DNA of 64,000 bases from Candidatus Multivorans sp. (GCA_965247095.1 OZ251997.1:4224001-4288000); one strand, 5' to 3'; counted from the stretch's first letter, positions 45,111 to 55,442 are shown. Made by a program: numbers and translations. Notes: generated by a model not told the origin, from the letters alone.

Positions 45111-46120
45111 GGCGGCGGGCTGCCGAAGTCGACCGTCTCGAAGTCGAGCTGGTTGGGCACTCTCGGCGCGTAGCGGCCGCTCTGCTTGGCCCTGGCCAGG
45201 TGGTTCTCGGCCTGCGGGTCGGGCCCTTCGGGACGCAGCGCGCGCTGGAAGAAGCCGAGCATGTTCTCGATCCGCCGTGGGACCGAGCGGCCGGTGTGGG
45301 CGGCGCCCCGGACCAGGTGGTATTCGTGCGGGATGGCCGCGTCGAAGAGCAGGCGATGAACCAGCTCGGCGCTCAGGAACGTCAGGTTGGCGTCCTCGTC
45401 GCCGGCCTCGACCAGGAGTTGCAGACCCGATTCGCGTAGCCGGTCGGCGCTGTCGATCACGATCGTCGGCGGGTGACGCGCCCGCCAGTACTCGATGTCA
45501 ACGGGGTTGCCGAAGCGCTCGTGGAGGAACCGCATCGCGCCGGGACCGTAGGGCGTGATGTCGAGGTCGGCGAAGGAGGCTACCGGTGGGAATCCCGGTT
45601 CGAGAGCCGCCGCGGCCGCGAACGTCTCGGGATTGCGGAGGCCGATCCGGAGCGTGCCCTGGCCCCCCGCGGAGCCGCCGCCAAGCACGGTGCCGGCCCG
45701 GTCCTGTGCCACGTTGTAGTGACTTCTCACGTGGGGCAGCAGTTCCTGGAGTATGAAGGTCTCCCAACTCTTCCCTCCGCCCTTCCAGTCGATGTAGTAG
45801 GAGCCGCCTGTGATCGGAGTGACGACCACGATGTGCTCGATCGTTCCCTCGTCCCAAGCGCGTTCGAGATGGGCGCGAAGACGACGCTCCAAGTTGCCCT
45901 CGCCGCTGGAGCCGCCGTGAAGCCAGAGCAGGAGCGGGTAGGGCTCGGCGCGTTCCGGGTCATAGGCCGGCGGCAGCAGCAGGTCGAACCGCGCCTCGCC
46001 GGGCACCAGGTCGGTGGCGACGCTGTGGTTCGAGAGAGCGGACTCCTGGGCGTGGCTCGCCGCGGCGACCAGGATGATGGCGAACAGCGGAAGTGCGGTT
46101 GTCGGTGGAACTCGACGCAT
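45107..46120 (-). CDS. Putative esterase (alpha/beta hydrolase), exported
   Basis: LLPPAYD...YPLLLWLHGG, GGSAGG nucleophile elbow, GDED, GAAH. Confidence 0.85.
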   Translation of the reverse strand: MRRVPPTTALPLFAIILVAAASHAQESALSNHSVATDLVPGEARFDLLLPPAYDPERAEPYPLLLWLHGGSSGEGNLERRLRAHLERAWDEGTIEHIVVVTPITGGSYYIDWKGGGKSWETFILQELLPHVRSHYNVAQDRAGTVLGGGSAGGQGTLRIGLRNPETFAAAAALEPGFPPVASFADLDITPYGPGAMRFLHERFGNPVDIEYWRARHPPTIVIDSADRLRESGLQLLVEAGDEDANLTFLSAELVHRLLFDAAIPHEYHLVRGAAHTGRSVPRRIENMLGFFQRALRPEGPDPQAENHLARAKQSGRYAPRVPNQLDFETVDFGSPPP

Positions 46121-46206
46121 GATGGGGCCTCCTCGCTCGTAACCGGGGTGTTCGGAACGTAGTCTCTCCAGTCTATGCACCGATTGCACATGAGGGTCCG
46201 CTCCGA

Positions 46207-47727
46207 ATGAACGCGGCACAGCTCGCCATCGACAGCCTCGCCCGCTTCGGCGTCTACGACGCGGTGCGCTTCGGGGGCGCGACCAGAACCAACGAGGAGC
46301 AGGAGCTGTTGGCGCGCAAGCTGGCCGCGGTGTTGCGCTCGCGCGGCGTCGGAACAGGCGACCGGGTGGTCGTCATGATGCCGAACTGCCCCGAGATCTT
46401 CAGCGCCTTCCAGGCGGTGTGGAAGCTGGGCGCCGTCATCCTGCCGGTCATGCCCCAGCTCGGGGAGCGCGAGGTCGGCTATCTGCTCGAAGACTCGGGG
46501 GCGAAGGTCGCCCTCGTGGCGCCCGTCCTCGCTCCGGTGGTCGACGCGGCCAGGCGCGACGGCTCGACCTGCGAAGCGCTCCTCAGCCTGGGCTCCGTCG
46601 AGACGGCTGACGCATGCGACATCACCGCCGAGCTCGAAGCGGCGGCGCCCCTCGACATCCTGGTCGACCGGGCGGGCGACGACCTGGCCCTCCTGCTCTA
46701 CACGTCGGGCACGACCGGGCGGCCCAAGGGAGTCATGCTCACCCACGACAACATTCTGTGGTCGTCGCAGCAGATCGCCGGCATGGCCGAGATGCCGGAG
46801 GGAATGCCGATCCTGCACGTGATGCCGATGGCCCACTCCTTCGGCGTGCTGATGATGTGCGTCGGCTTCGTCAAGGGCTTCAAGGCCACGCTGATGGTGC
46901 GCTGGGACACCCGCCAGGTGTTCGAGAACATCGAGCGCTACCGGATCGAGCGGCTGGGCATGGTGCCGACGATGCTCACCTACATGCTCCACTTTCCGGA
47001 GCGCGAGCGCTACGACACGAGTTCCGTCAACTGGGTGTGGTCGGGCGGCGCGGCGCTCGCCAACGAGGTCCGCGTCGATTTCGAGCGCGAGTTCGCCTGC
47101 ACGGTCCGCGACGGCTACGGGTTGACCGAGTCCACCGCGGTCGCGACCGCGTACTCCGACAGCGATGAGTACCGAACAGGCTCCTGCGGCCGTGCGGTCG
47201 ACGGAGTCGAGGTTGCCGTCCTGGACGACGATCACAACCGGCTGCCGGCCGGGGCGGCTGGCGAGGTGTGCATCCGCGGCCGCAACGTGATGAAGGGCTA
47301 CTGGGGCAAGCCGGAGGCCACCGCCGAAGCGGTCCGCGACGGCTGGCTGCACTCGGGCGACATCGGAACCCTGGACGCGGACGGCTTCCTCCGGATCACC
47401 GATCGCAAGAAGGACCTGATCATCAAGGGCGGCGAGAACATCTCACCGCGCGAGATCGAAGAGGCGCTCTACGAGCATCCGGCGATCTCGGAAGTTGCGG
47501 TGGTTGCGGTGCCGCACAAGACGTACGGCGACGACATCTGGGCGGCGGTGGCGTTCAAACCCGGCGCTGCCGCCAGCGACGACGAGCTCCGCGCCCACAC
47601 GGCGGGCTTCGTGACCCGCTTCAAGATCCCGAGCCGCTTCGTTGTCCAGGCGGAGCTGCCGAAGAACGCGGTCGGCAAGATTCTGAAGCGCGAAGTGAGG
47701 GAGCGGCTGCTCCGGCAGCAGCCCTAG
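46207..47727 (+). CDS. Acyl-CoA synthetase (AMP-binding)
   Basis: YTSGTTGRPKG, GYGLTE, GWLHSGDIG, DRKKDLIIKGGENI, PKNAVGKI. Confidence 0.95.
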   Translation: MNAAQLAIDSLARFGVYDAVRFGGATRTNEEQELLARKLAAVLRSRGVGTGDRVVVMMPNCPEIFSAFQAVWKLGAVILPVMPQLGEREVGYLLEDSGAKVALVAPVLAPVVDAARRDGSTCEALLSLGSVETADACDITAELEAAAPLDILVDRAGDDLALLLYTSGTTGRPKGVMLTHDNILWSSQQIAGMAEMPEGMPILHVMPMAHSFGVLMMCVGFVKGFKATLMVRWDTRQVFENIERYRIERLGMVPTMLTYMLHFPERERYDTSSVNWVWSGGAALANEVRVDFEREFACTVRDGYGLTESTAVATAYSDSDEYRTGSCGRAVDGVEVAVLDDDHNRLPAGAAGEVCIRGRNVMKGYWGKPEATAEAVRDGWLHSGDIGTLDADGFLRITDRKKDLIIKGGENISPREIEEALYEHPAISEVAVVAVPHKTYGDDIWAAVAFKPGAAASDDELRAHTAGFVTRFKIPSRFVVQAELPKNAVGKILKREVRERLLRQQP

Positions 47728-47755
47728 CAACTTGCGGGGCTCCGCCCGCATCCGC

Positions 47756-48661
47756 TCAGATCCCCGGGTCCACCCCGGTCATCTCCACCGACAGCTCCCA
47801 CAACCGCCTGCCGAGTCTCGGGTCGCGGCTCGTCGGCGTCGACCAGGCCTTGGCGGCGGGACCGCTCAGCTCTCCCCAGTTCCTCGGCCGGTAGTAGTCA
47901 CCGCCAGCGACGCCGGCCGCCGTCGCGGCCATGAGCGTCGGCCATGCCCCCATCGCCTGGGTATTGAAGAAGGTGCGAACCAGGGGCGCCGCGAACTGGA
48001 TCAAGGGGAAGTGGCGGCCGATCTCGGTCTGGGCCAGGCCTGGATGGCAGGCGACCGCGACTGTCCGGGAACCGCGGGCCTTGAGCCGCCGGTCGAGTTC
48101 GAACATGTGCAGCAGGTTCGCCAGCTTGCTTTGCTGATAGCGAGCCTGGCGGCCGTAGAGCTTCGCGCCGTCGATGTCGTCCCAGTGGATGCGGCCGCCC
48201 CGATGGGCCAGGCTGCTGGTGATGACGACGCGGCTGCCCTCGGTTTCCTCGAGCTTGGGCAGGAGGTGCGCCGTGAGCGCGAACGTGCCGAGGTGATTGA
48301 CGGCGAACTGTGACTCGAAGCCGTCCACGGTCAGAGCGCGGGGCGGCATCATGATGCCCGCGTTGTTGACGAGCACGTCGATGCGCCGCTCCGCGGCCGC
48401 CTGCGCGGCCGCGGTGCGGACGCTCGCAAGGTCCGCCTGATCGAGCGGCAGGAACTCGACGTCCGCCTCAGGCGATTCGGCGCGGATCTTCGCGATGGCG
48501 TCCGTTGCGCGCTGCTCGGATCGGCATCCCAGCAACACCCGCCCACCGCGCTTCGCCAGCAACTTCGCTGTCTCGAACCCGATGCCGGTGTTCGCGCCGG
48601 TGACGATGAACGTGCGGCCCGACTGGTCTGCTACTTCGCGGTCGGTGAATCCTTGTGGCAT
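47756..48661 (-). CDS. Short-chain dehydrogenase/reductase (retinol dehydrogenase-like)
   Basis: TGANTGIG, NNAG, YQQSK, HPG. Confidence 0.95.
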   Translation of the reverse strand: MPQGFTDREVADQSGRTFIVTGANTGIGFETAKLLAKRGGRVLLGCRSEQRATDAIAKIRAESPEADVEFLPLDQADLASVRTAAAQAAAERRIDVLVNNAGIMMPPRALTVDGFESQFAVNHLGTFALTAHLLPKLEETEGSRVVITSSLAHRGGRIHWDDIDGAKLYGRQARYQQSKLANLLHMFELDRRLKARGSRTVAVACHPGLAQTEIGRHFPLIQFAAPLVRTFFNTQAMGAWPTLMAATAAGVAGGDYYRPRNWGELSGPAAKAWSTPTSRDPRLGRRLWELSVEMTGVDPGI

Positions 48662-48738
48662 GAGCGTGGTCTCCTCGTGGTGCTTGCGTAGCCGATCCGG
48701 GAAGCGGCATCGTATGGATCTTCCGCCAGCATGGGACG

Positions 48739-49023
48739 CTACCGATACGCGGCGCCACGATGGGCGGCGGCGAGAAGGAAGACGATCCGTTCCTCTTCAT
48801 CGATCTCGTAGAAGAAGCGCCAGGCCCCGATGCGGTAGCGCCAGGTCGGCGGCTCATAGCCTTTGAGGCGCCGAATGTGCGGCCCCGTGTGGGGATGCTG
48901 GCGCAACTGCGGGTACACCACCCTTCTCAGCTTGTCGACGATGGCTTGATGGCCCGCGCGGGAGATCCGGCGTAGGTCCCGATCGAACCGCTCGGTCTCG
49001 AACAGCCGATCGTCAGTCAACAA
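48739..49023 (-). CDS. RelE/ParE family toxin
   Basis: GPHIRRLKGYEPPTWRYRIGAWRFFYEID...HRGAAYR. Confidence 0.88.
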   Translation of the reverse strand: MLTDDRLFETERFDRDLRRISRAGHQAIVDKLRRVVYPQLRQHPHTGPHIRRLKGYEPPTWRYRIGAWRFFYEIDEEERIVFLLAAAHRGAAYR

Positions 49024-49255
49024 ACGAGCCCTTGCGCTCCAACGCCTGGCGCGAGCCCTCCTTCAGCCGGTGGAGCAACGACTCGTCCTCCAGGATCTCG
49101 GCCATCTCAGCGTCGTCCACGAACTGCTGCTCGCGTACCTTGGCGAGCGCCGCCGTCTGGATGAGATTCGACAGAGGCCTGTTCTCCGCGCGTGCGGCTT
49201 CCTTGAGCTCCTCGTAAGTCGCCTCGTCAAGCCTCAGGGTGACCGTCTTGCCCAT
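49013..49255 (-). CDS. Ribbon-helix-helix antitoxin
   Basis: MGKTVTLRLDEATYEELKEAARAENRPLSNLI; overlaps the toxin gene. Confidence 0.85.
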   Translation of the reverse strand: MGKTVTLRLDEATYEELKEAARAENRPLSNLIQTAALAKVREQQFVDDAEMAEILEDESLLHRLKEGSRQALERKGSFVD

Positions 49256-49348
49256 GGAGAACACAATAGCATGCAAATGTGTTCTACTTCGGCTCTGGAG
49301 TGGCGAGACCGGCTCAAAGGAGGTGACCAACGTGACTCTGAGCGACAG

Positions 49349-51151
49349 ATGAACAGGCGCAGTGTCACGTTCCTCGCGCTGTCGACTGCCCTTGCGGTCG
49401 CGTGGCCGGCCGTAGAGGGCGCGGCCGCTGGGGCACAGGGAGCACAGGAGTCTTCGTCCGGCAACTTCGTCCCGGTCACCGACGCCATGCTGCAGAACCC
49501 CGAGCCGGAAGACTGGCTCAGCTTTCGCCGCACCCTCGACGCCTGGGGCTACAGCCCGCTCGACCAGATCACGAGGGAGAACGTCGCGCGGATCCGGATG
49601 GAGTGGACCCGATCCATGGCCTCAGGAAGCGCCGAGACCACGCCGCTGGCGTACGACGGTGTCCTGTACCTGGCCAATGCGCAGGACATCGTCCAGGCGC
49701 TGTCCGCCGAGACCGGGGATCTGATCTGGGAGTACCGGCGCGATCTGCCGGAGGGCGTCTGGGGTTACGTCGGTCCACTCGCTCGCAAGACGCGCAACAT
49801 CGCCATCTGGGGCGAGTACATCCTCGGCACCAGCGCCGACCTCTACGCCTACGCTCTCAATGCTGTGACCGGCGAACTCGCGTGGGAGACCCGGATCCTC
49901 GACTACAAGGCCAACCCGGCCCATCACAGCGCTGGGCCGATCGTCGCCGACGGCAAGCTCATCTCGGGGCGGAGCTGCAGGCCCCTCGGGGGCCCCGACG
50001 CGTGCGTCATCCTCGCCCATGACGCCCAGACCGGTCGGGAACTCTGGCGACGCCGCACGTTGCCGGCGCCCGGCGAGCCGGGAGACGAGACCTGGGGCGC
50101 GGTGCCCTACGAAGACCGCCGGCACGTTGGGACCTGGATGCCACCGAGCTACGACCCGGACCTGGAACTCGTCTACATCGGCACCGGCGTCACGGCGCCG
50201 GCGCCGAGGTTCATGCTCGGCGGCGCCGATCTCACGCACCTGTACCACAACTCGACCTTGGCTCTTGACGTCTCGACCGGCGAGATCCGCTGGTACTACC
50301 AGCATCTGAACGACTCCTGGGACCTCGATCATGTGTTCGAGCGCATCCTGGTCGACACGGTGGTCGCGCCGGCGCCGGAAACGGTCCAGTGGATCAACCC
50401 GCGGCTCAAGACGGGCGAGGTGCGTAAGGTCGTCACCGGTATCCCCGGCAAGACCGGCCTGGTCTACACCCTCGATCGTGCCACCGGTGAGTTTCTCTGG
50501 GCGACGCCGACGGTGCCGCAGAACGTGATCATAGGCATCGACGGCGCCACCGGTGAGGTCAGCCTGAACGAAGAGGTGATCTTCCGCGAACTTGAGCAGG
50601 TGATGTTCATCTGTCCCTCGTGGGCGGGTGGCAAGGACTGGGAAGCAGGGGCCTACAGCCCACTCACGCGCACCATGTACTTCCCACTGCGCCAGGCGTG
50701 CGCTGAGATGCTTGTGACGACCGACTTCGAGAGCGAGAAAGTCAAGGCCCTGGACCAGACCGTCGCGCACTACGCCCTGGGCGCCAACCACCGGGTGGCG
50801 CCTGGCACTGATCTCCTCGGCACGGTGTGGGCGATCTCGGTGGAGACCGGTGAGACGCAGTGGGTCTACGAAACGCGGGCCGCCACCTTCTCGCTGCTTG
50901 CTACCGGCGGGGCTTTGCTGTTCGGGGGCGACCAGGGCGGCCGTTTCCGGGCCCTGGACCAGGAGACCGGCGATGTGCTGTGGGAGATCAACCTGGGCGC
51001 GCCGGTGATGGGCTTCCCGATCACGTACTCCCACTCCGGCCGCCAGTACGTGGCCGTCAACACCGGTCCGGGCCGGCTGACCAACGCGCGCATGACGCCC
51101 GAACTCCGCCCGAGCCGTGCCAGCAATCTGTTCGTGTTTGCGTTGCCTTAG
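49349..51151 (+). CDS. PQQ-dependent dehydrogenase (alcohol dehydrogenase-like propeller)
   Basis: VTDAMLQNP, WGYSPLDQI, ETTPLAYDGVLY, SYDPDLELVYIGTG, DSWDLDH, GGKDW, PITY. Confidence 0.9.
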   Translation: MNRRSVTFLALSTALAVAWPAVEGAAAGAQGAQESSSGNFVPVTDAMLQNPEPEDWLSFRRTLDAWGYSPLDQITRENVARIRMEWTRSMASGSAETTPLAYDGVLYLANAQDIVQALSAETGDLIWEYRRDLPEGVWGYVGPLARKTRNIAIWGEYILGTSADLYAYALNAVTGELAWETRILDYKANPAHHSAGPIVADGKLISGRSCRPLGGPDACVILAHDAQTGRELWRRRTLPAPGEPGDETWGAVPYEDRRHVGTWMPPSYDPDLELVYIGTGVTAPAPRFMLGGADLTHLYHNSTLALDVSTGEIRWYYQHLNDSWDLDHVFERILVDTVVAPAPETVQWINPRLKTGEVRKVVTGIPGKTGLVYTLDRATGEFLWATPTVPQNVIIGIDGATGEVSLNEEVIFRELEQVMFICPSWAGGKDWEAGAYSPLTRTMYFPLRQACAEMLVTTDFESEKVKALDQTVAHYALGANHRVAPGTDLLGTVWAISVETGETQWVYETRAATFSLLATGGALLFGGDQGGRFRALDQETGDVLWEINLGAPVMGFPITYSHSGRQYVAVNTGPGRLTNARMTPELRPSRASNLFVFALP

Positions 51152-51185
51152 AGTCCGCCCAACCAGCACCTACGGGAGTCACGCC

Positions 51186-51962
51186 ATGTCTGAAATCCGC
51201 ATGCGCCAGATCTGCCTGGTCGCCCACGACCTCGATCGCATCCAGCAGCAGGTCGAGGGCGTGTTCGGCGTCGAGGTCTGCTACCGCGACCCCGGGGTGG
51301 GGAAGTACGGTCTCCACAACTTCCTGATTCCCTTCGGCAACCAGTTCCTCGAGACGGTCTCACCCCAGCCCGGCGAACACGACACACCAGGGGGCCGCTA
51401 CCTGCAGCGCCGGGGTGGCGATGGCGGCTACATGGTGATCATGCAGGTCCCGCGCGACAGCTATGCCGGCTACCAGCAGCGGGTCGCGGACCTCGGCATC
51501 CGCCTGGTCTCGGAGCCCGGCCGGAACGAACACGGTATGGGGATGCAGCTTCACCCGAGGGACGTACCCGGCGCCATCCCGGAGCTGCGCTGGAACGTCG
51601 ACGAGGAGCGTTCGGACGGTGCCTGGTGGCCGGCGGGAGCGGACTGGCAGCGCGCCAAGCACACGGAGATCGTCGACGGCATCCGCGCCGCCGAGATCCA
51701 GACCGCGGATCCAGGGGCGGTGGCCGCCCGCTGGAGCGAGGTGCTCGGCGAGCCGGTGGGCGGCGACGACGTGCCGACGATCGCGCTACGAGACGCCGAG
51801 ATTCGGTTCGTGCCCCCGCGCGATGGCCGCCCCGAAGGCCTCGGGGGCCTGGACGTTCATGTGACAGACCGAGCGCGGGCGCTCGCCAACGCCGAGGCGG
51901 CCGGCTGCCGCACCGGCGACGATCTCGTGACGATCTGCGGCATGCGCCTGCGACTCGTCTGA
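51186..51962 (+). CDS. VOC/glyoxalase-like protein
   Basis: MRQICLVA, RDPGVGKYGLHN, QFLE, RRGGDGGYMVI, QLHPRDVPG. Confidence 0.85.
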   Translation: MSEIRMRQICLVAHDLDRIQQQVEGVFGVEVCYRDPGVGKYGLHNFLIPFGNQFLETVSPQPGEHDTPGGRYLQRRGGDGGYMVIMQVPRDSYAGYQQRVADLGIRLVSEPGRNEHGMGMQLHPRDVPGAIPELRWNVDEERSDGAWWPAGADWQRAKHTEIVDGIRAAEIQTADPGAVAARWSEVLGEPVGGDDVPTIALRDAEIRFVPPRDGRPEGLGGLDVHVTDRARALANAEAAGCRTGDDLVTICGMRLRLV

Positions 51963-51964
51963 GT

Positions 51965-52125
51965 TCAGGGCGGCGCGGACCGCACGAGGCGATCGCGCAG
52001 CGCCGAGCGCGCCTCTTCGTACTGCGCGATGATCTCGTCGCACAACTCGACGGTCGTCTTGCTCTCGTGCACCATGCCGACGCCCTGGCCGGCCGAGAAG
52101 ATCTTGTTGTAGCGCCCTCGCGCTT
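51965..52125 (-). pseudogene. 3' fragment resembling a nitronate monooxygenase C-terminus
   Basis: Manual translation RYNKIFSAGQGVGMVHESKTTVELCDEIIAQYEEARSAL...; the rest of the gene is absent. Confidence 0.6.
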
Positions 52126-52374
52126 CCGGCCGGTCAATCCTCCGTCAGGTACGCCATGACCGGACTGATGTTCGTGCTGCTGGGTGCGAGCTTCTGGTAC
52201 TGGCGCACCGGCTCGGCGATGGTGGCGGGCGGAGCTGAGGTGGGCGAGTAGAAACAGGACCAGCTTGCCGCTACTCTCCCACAACTGGGCCAAGCGCCGA
52301 ATTAGTGTTCGGCGGAGCCTCTACTGCTCTGACTCCTCCACGATTCCACCGACCGGCGAGACTCCCACGTCCAG

Positions 52375-52859
52375 ATGGCAGAGAAGATCCAGTTGCTACC
52401 CGGTGGGCCCGAGCTACCCACCGAACTCCTCGACTCGATACTGGAGGGCGAAGCCGTGTTCCTTTGTGGTGCGGGGGTCAGTGCTCCGCAGTTGCCGGAC
52501 TTCGGGAAGCTCGTTTGCCAAACATACGAAAAGCTGCGTGTCGACCCATCGGGTGCCGAGAAGAAGGCATTCGCCGAGGAGCGCTACGAAGAGGTTCTGG
52601 GTGCACTTGAGGGACGACTGGCGGACCCGTCTGCGGTAGAGAGGACGGTGTCGGACCTCTTAGCCGTGCCCGAGACTCCTGACCTTGAACAGCACAAGAT
52701 AGTGCTTCGCCTGTCCCGTGGTCTCGACAATCACGTCTCCGTAGTGACCACAAACTTCGACACGCTCTTTGAGAGGGCCGGAGCCGAGTTGCATGGCACT
52801 CAAGGCCTAGGCCCCAAGAGCTACGCAGGGCAAGCGTTGCCGGCACCCGGTACGGAACC
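52375..52859 (+). pseudogene. SIR2-domain protein (DSR1-like N-terminus) truncated by IS3
   Basis: GGPELPTELLDSILEGEAVFLCGAGVS..LPDF, VVTTNFDTLFERAG; stops before the LHG motif at the IS end. Confidence 0.75.
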
Positions 52860-52892
52860 TGTCAACGACATTGACACAGCGGGGTTCTGGAT

Positions 52893-53891
52893 TTACTGAG
52901 TCGTCTCTGCAGTCTCGTTGTCGGGCTTGTTGATCCAGACGGCCTGGGGCAGTGGCGTGTGCATCGGTTGGCCGCCGACGAATCGTTCGGGGGAGCTTTC
53001 CCAGGCGGCGCTCAGCGTGCGTTGGCGCTGCTCGATCACGGCTTGCGCCCGGCCGTAGTGGACGGTCTCGGGGGTCAGCATGGCGATGCCGGCGTGGCGG
53101 TGTTCCGTGTTGTACCAGGGGAAGAAGGACCTGCAGTAGTCGGTCGCGGCGTCCTGGTTGGGGAAGCGGCTGGGGAAGTCGGGGTGGTACTTGAGGGTCT
53201 TGAACTGTGCTTCGGAGTAGGGGTTGTCGTCGCTGACCCGCGGGCGGCCCAGGGACCGGTTCACGCCGAGGCGGGCGAGCAGTTGGGCGGTACCCTGGCT
53301 GGTCATGGGGGCGCCTCGATCGGAATGCAGGGTCAGGACATGGGGCTTGACGCCGTGCTTGAGGCAGGTCTCCTCGATGAGCCTTTGGGCGAGCGCGGAG
53401 TTCTCGCGGTCGGCGACCATCCAGCCGACCGCGTAGCGGCTTAGGAGGTCAAGCAGGACGTAGAGGTAGTAGTAGGTCCAGGTCTGCGGTCCGAGCAGCC
53501 TGGTGATGTCCCACGACCAGACCTGGTTGGGCGCGACAGCGACCAGCTCCGGCTTGGCGTACGACGGATGGACGCGCTGGTTGCGGCGGTCCCTCACGGG
53601 GTGGTTCGCTTCGAGGATGCGGTACATCGTGCGCTCCGAGCACAGGTAGCGGCCCTCGTCGAGCAGGGTGGCCACCACTTCTCCCGGCGAACGATCGACG
53701 AAACGCGGCGACGCAAGCGTGGCCTCGACCCGTTTCCGCTCGATCTGGCTCAGTGCCCGGGCAGGCGTGGGGCGGGGCTGCCGTCGCCCGGGAGCGGGCC
53801 TCGCACGACGATAGAAGGTCGATCGCGATACGCCCAGCGCCCGGCACGCCGGCGCGACGCCGACCTGCCGGGCCAGGGACCTTGCCGCCAT
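52893..53891 (-). CDS. IS3 transposase OrfB (DDE)
   Basis: PNQVWSWDIT, LHSDRG, DDNPYSEAQFKTLKY, WYNTEHRH. Confidence 0.92.
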   Translation of the reverse strand: MAARSLARQVGVAPACRALGVSRSTFYRRARPAPGRRQPRPTPARALSQIERKRVEATLASPRFVDRSPGEVVATLLDEGRYLCSERTMYRILEANHPVRDRRNQRVHPSYAKPELVAVAPNQVWSWDITRLLGPQTWTYYYLYVLLDLLSRYAVGWMVADRENSALAQRLIEETCLKHGVKPHVLTLHSDRGAPMTSQGTAQLLARLGVNRSLGRPRVSDDNPYSEAQFKTLKYHPDFPSRFPNQDAATDYCRSFFPWYNTEHRHAGIAMLTPETVHYGRAQAVIEQRQRTLSAAWESSPERFVGGQPMHTPLPQAVWINKPDNETAETTQ

Positions 53892-54376
53892 CAGCAGTCC
53901 TTCCCGTCTTCGAGGCTGAATCCCAGCAGCCCTGCAACTTTTCCCTGGACGTCCAGGATCGTGTGCGCGGCGGCGACTTCCCTCTCGAGACGCTTGACCT
54001 TCGCTTCCAGCCGCTTCACCTTCGGCATCAGAGGGTTGGCCTCGTTCGGCTTGCGGCCCCGCTTCTTCGGCCTCAGACCGGAAAGCGCGCCCTCGCGCCG
54101 CGCCTTGCGCCAGTTGGCCAGATGGGAGCTGTACAGACCCTCTCGCCGCAGCAGCCGACCCACCTCGCCGCGGTGGGTGCATCGGTCCGCTTCCTCCAGA
54201 ATCCGCAGCCGGTACTCCGCCGTGAACTGCCGCCTGGTCGGTCTCGCCAGCACTTCCGGGTCGGGAACCGCCCCGGCGGGCGCCGCGCCGGCCGCGGGGG
54301 CCTCGTCGCTACGCTCCTCAACCCCCGCGGCCGGGAGCTCCGAGCCGCCGCCAAACCTCTGCTCTCGTCTTGACAT
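53891..54376 (-). CDS. IS3 transposase OrfA (HTH)
   Basis: RRQFTAEYRLRILEEAD, LLRREGLYSSHLANWR, coiled coil; TGATG overlap with orfB. Confidence 0.9.
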   Translation of the reverse strand: MSRREQRFGGGSELPAAGVEERSDEAPAAGAAPAGAVPDPEVLARPTRRQFTAEYRLRILEEADRCTHRGEVGRLLRREGLYSSHLANWRKARREGALSGLRPKKRGRKPNEANPLMPKVKRLEAKVKRLEREVAAAHTILDVQGKVAGLLGFSLEDGKDC

Positions 54377-54444
54377 TGATCCTCCTTGCCAACGTGTGCC
54401 CTCCACTATTCAACGGGATGGCCGCTGTGTCACGTACGTTGGCA

Positions 54445-54948
54445 GAGAGGGCCACGCCGACGCTCCCCAGCGGGTACAACAACTACAAGACCATCGTCCA
54501 GACCGAGGACCACGTCATGATCCTGATCGAGATGGTCCACGACGCGCGGGTGGTGCGGATGAAGTCCGAGGGGCGCGCCGTGGCGCATCTGCCGTCAGAG
54601 ATCAAGAAGTGGACCGGCGATTCGATCGGGTGGTGGGAGGGCGACACGTTGGTCGTCGACACTACGAACTTCCATCCCGAGGCGTTTCTCCGTGGTGGCT
54701 CCACGGAGATGCACGTTGTCGAGCGCTTTACCAAGCTCGAGGACGGCGACGTGCTCTACCGCTTCACGGTGGACGATCCCTCATCGTGGACAGCGCCTTG
54801 GACCGGCGAGTATGTGTTGCGTTCGACGACCGACCGAGTCTTCGAGTACGCCTGCCACGAGGGGAACTACGCCATGGGGAACATCCTGCGCGGCGCTCGC
54901 GTGCTCGAGGCGGACGCGCTGGGGAAGGTTGTCTCGAGTCGTGACTGA
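54445..54948 (+). pseudogene. C-terminal half of a conserved hypothetical exported protein, 5'-truncated by IS3
   Basis: YNNYKTIVQT...EMVHDAR...GDSIGWWEGDTLVVDTTNF...FEYACHEGN. Confidence 0.7.
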
Positions 54949-55096
54949 GCAATCCCTAGAGCGCATCGAGATCGAGCACACCTGCACGCAGCTTTCGATC
55001 GCCTATGCGCGCCACATCGACTTTCGAGAGTACGACGCCTTTGTCGAGCTCTTTGCCGAGGACGCCCATCTCAACGCCGGCTACCCCTTCGATGGC
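54941..55096 (+). pseudogene. SnoaL/NTF2-like protein N-terminal fragment
   Basis: IEHTCTQLSIAYARHIDFREYDAFVELFAEDA, then loses coherence. Confidence 0.6.
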
Positions 55097-55363
55097 AAGG
55101 TCGTCAGCGACGATGACGATGATGTTGGGCTGTGTACAAACACCCGTCTCACGCCTCTGCCGAGGAGCTCTGTGACGAGTGGGAGCGCCGTAACTTCGAG
55201 TCGTTTCGAGAGCGTCGCTCTCAGGGCTGGCTGTGAGCGCGGTTTCGGCCGTGAGATGAGCTCAATCGTGCAGGACCTCGACCTGCACGAACCCTTCGGG
55301 CACTTCGAGTGGGGAGGATCGTACTGGGGATTCTACTCAAACGCTGCCCGGGCGGTGCGCCCC

Positions 55364-55430
55364 CCGTCACCTGCGTCGGCGCATCCTGAATGGTCGTGAA
55401 GTCCGGCGTCGGCAGCGGAGGATCATATCT
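55364..55430 (-). pseudogene. Tannase 5' fragment (third copy)
   Basis: ccgtcacctgcgtcggcgcatcctgaatg is identical to 56882-56910; similar RBS-containing spacer. Confidence 0.7.
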
Positions 55431-55442
55431 CCTTTGTTGACC

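Larger units (their letters stand above)
52860..54444 (-). mobile_element. IS3-family element
   Basis: IRs tgtcaacgacattgacacagcgg and (reverse complement) tgccaacgtacgtgacacagcgg; orfA plus orfB; no target duplication. Confidence 0.9.

Noticed and set aside
47726-47755. Additional REP A copy between convergent genes
   Set aside because: Only the gcccgcatccgc tail matches; too degenerate to list with confidence.
1119-51169. Many long antisense ORFs (e.g. 1119-2861, 17047-18894, 42341-43987, 49622-51169)
   Set aside because: They are shadow frames of well-supported genes with no recognisable motifs.
52130-52370. Possible small gene fragment upstream of the SIR2 relic
   Set aside because: No coherent frame or recognisable motif was found.
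53880-53945. Programmed -1 frameshift site in IS3
   Set aside because: orfA and orfB meet at a TGATG overlap; the nearby GGGAAAAG is not a convincing slippery site by eye.
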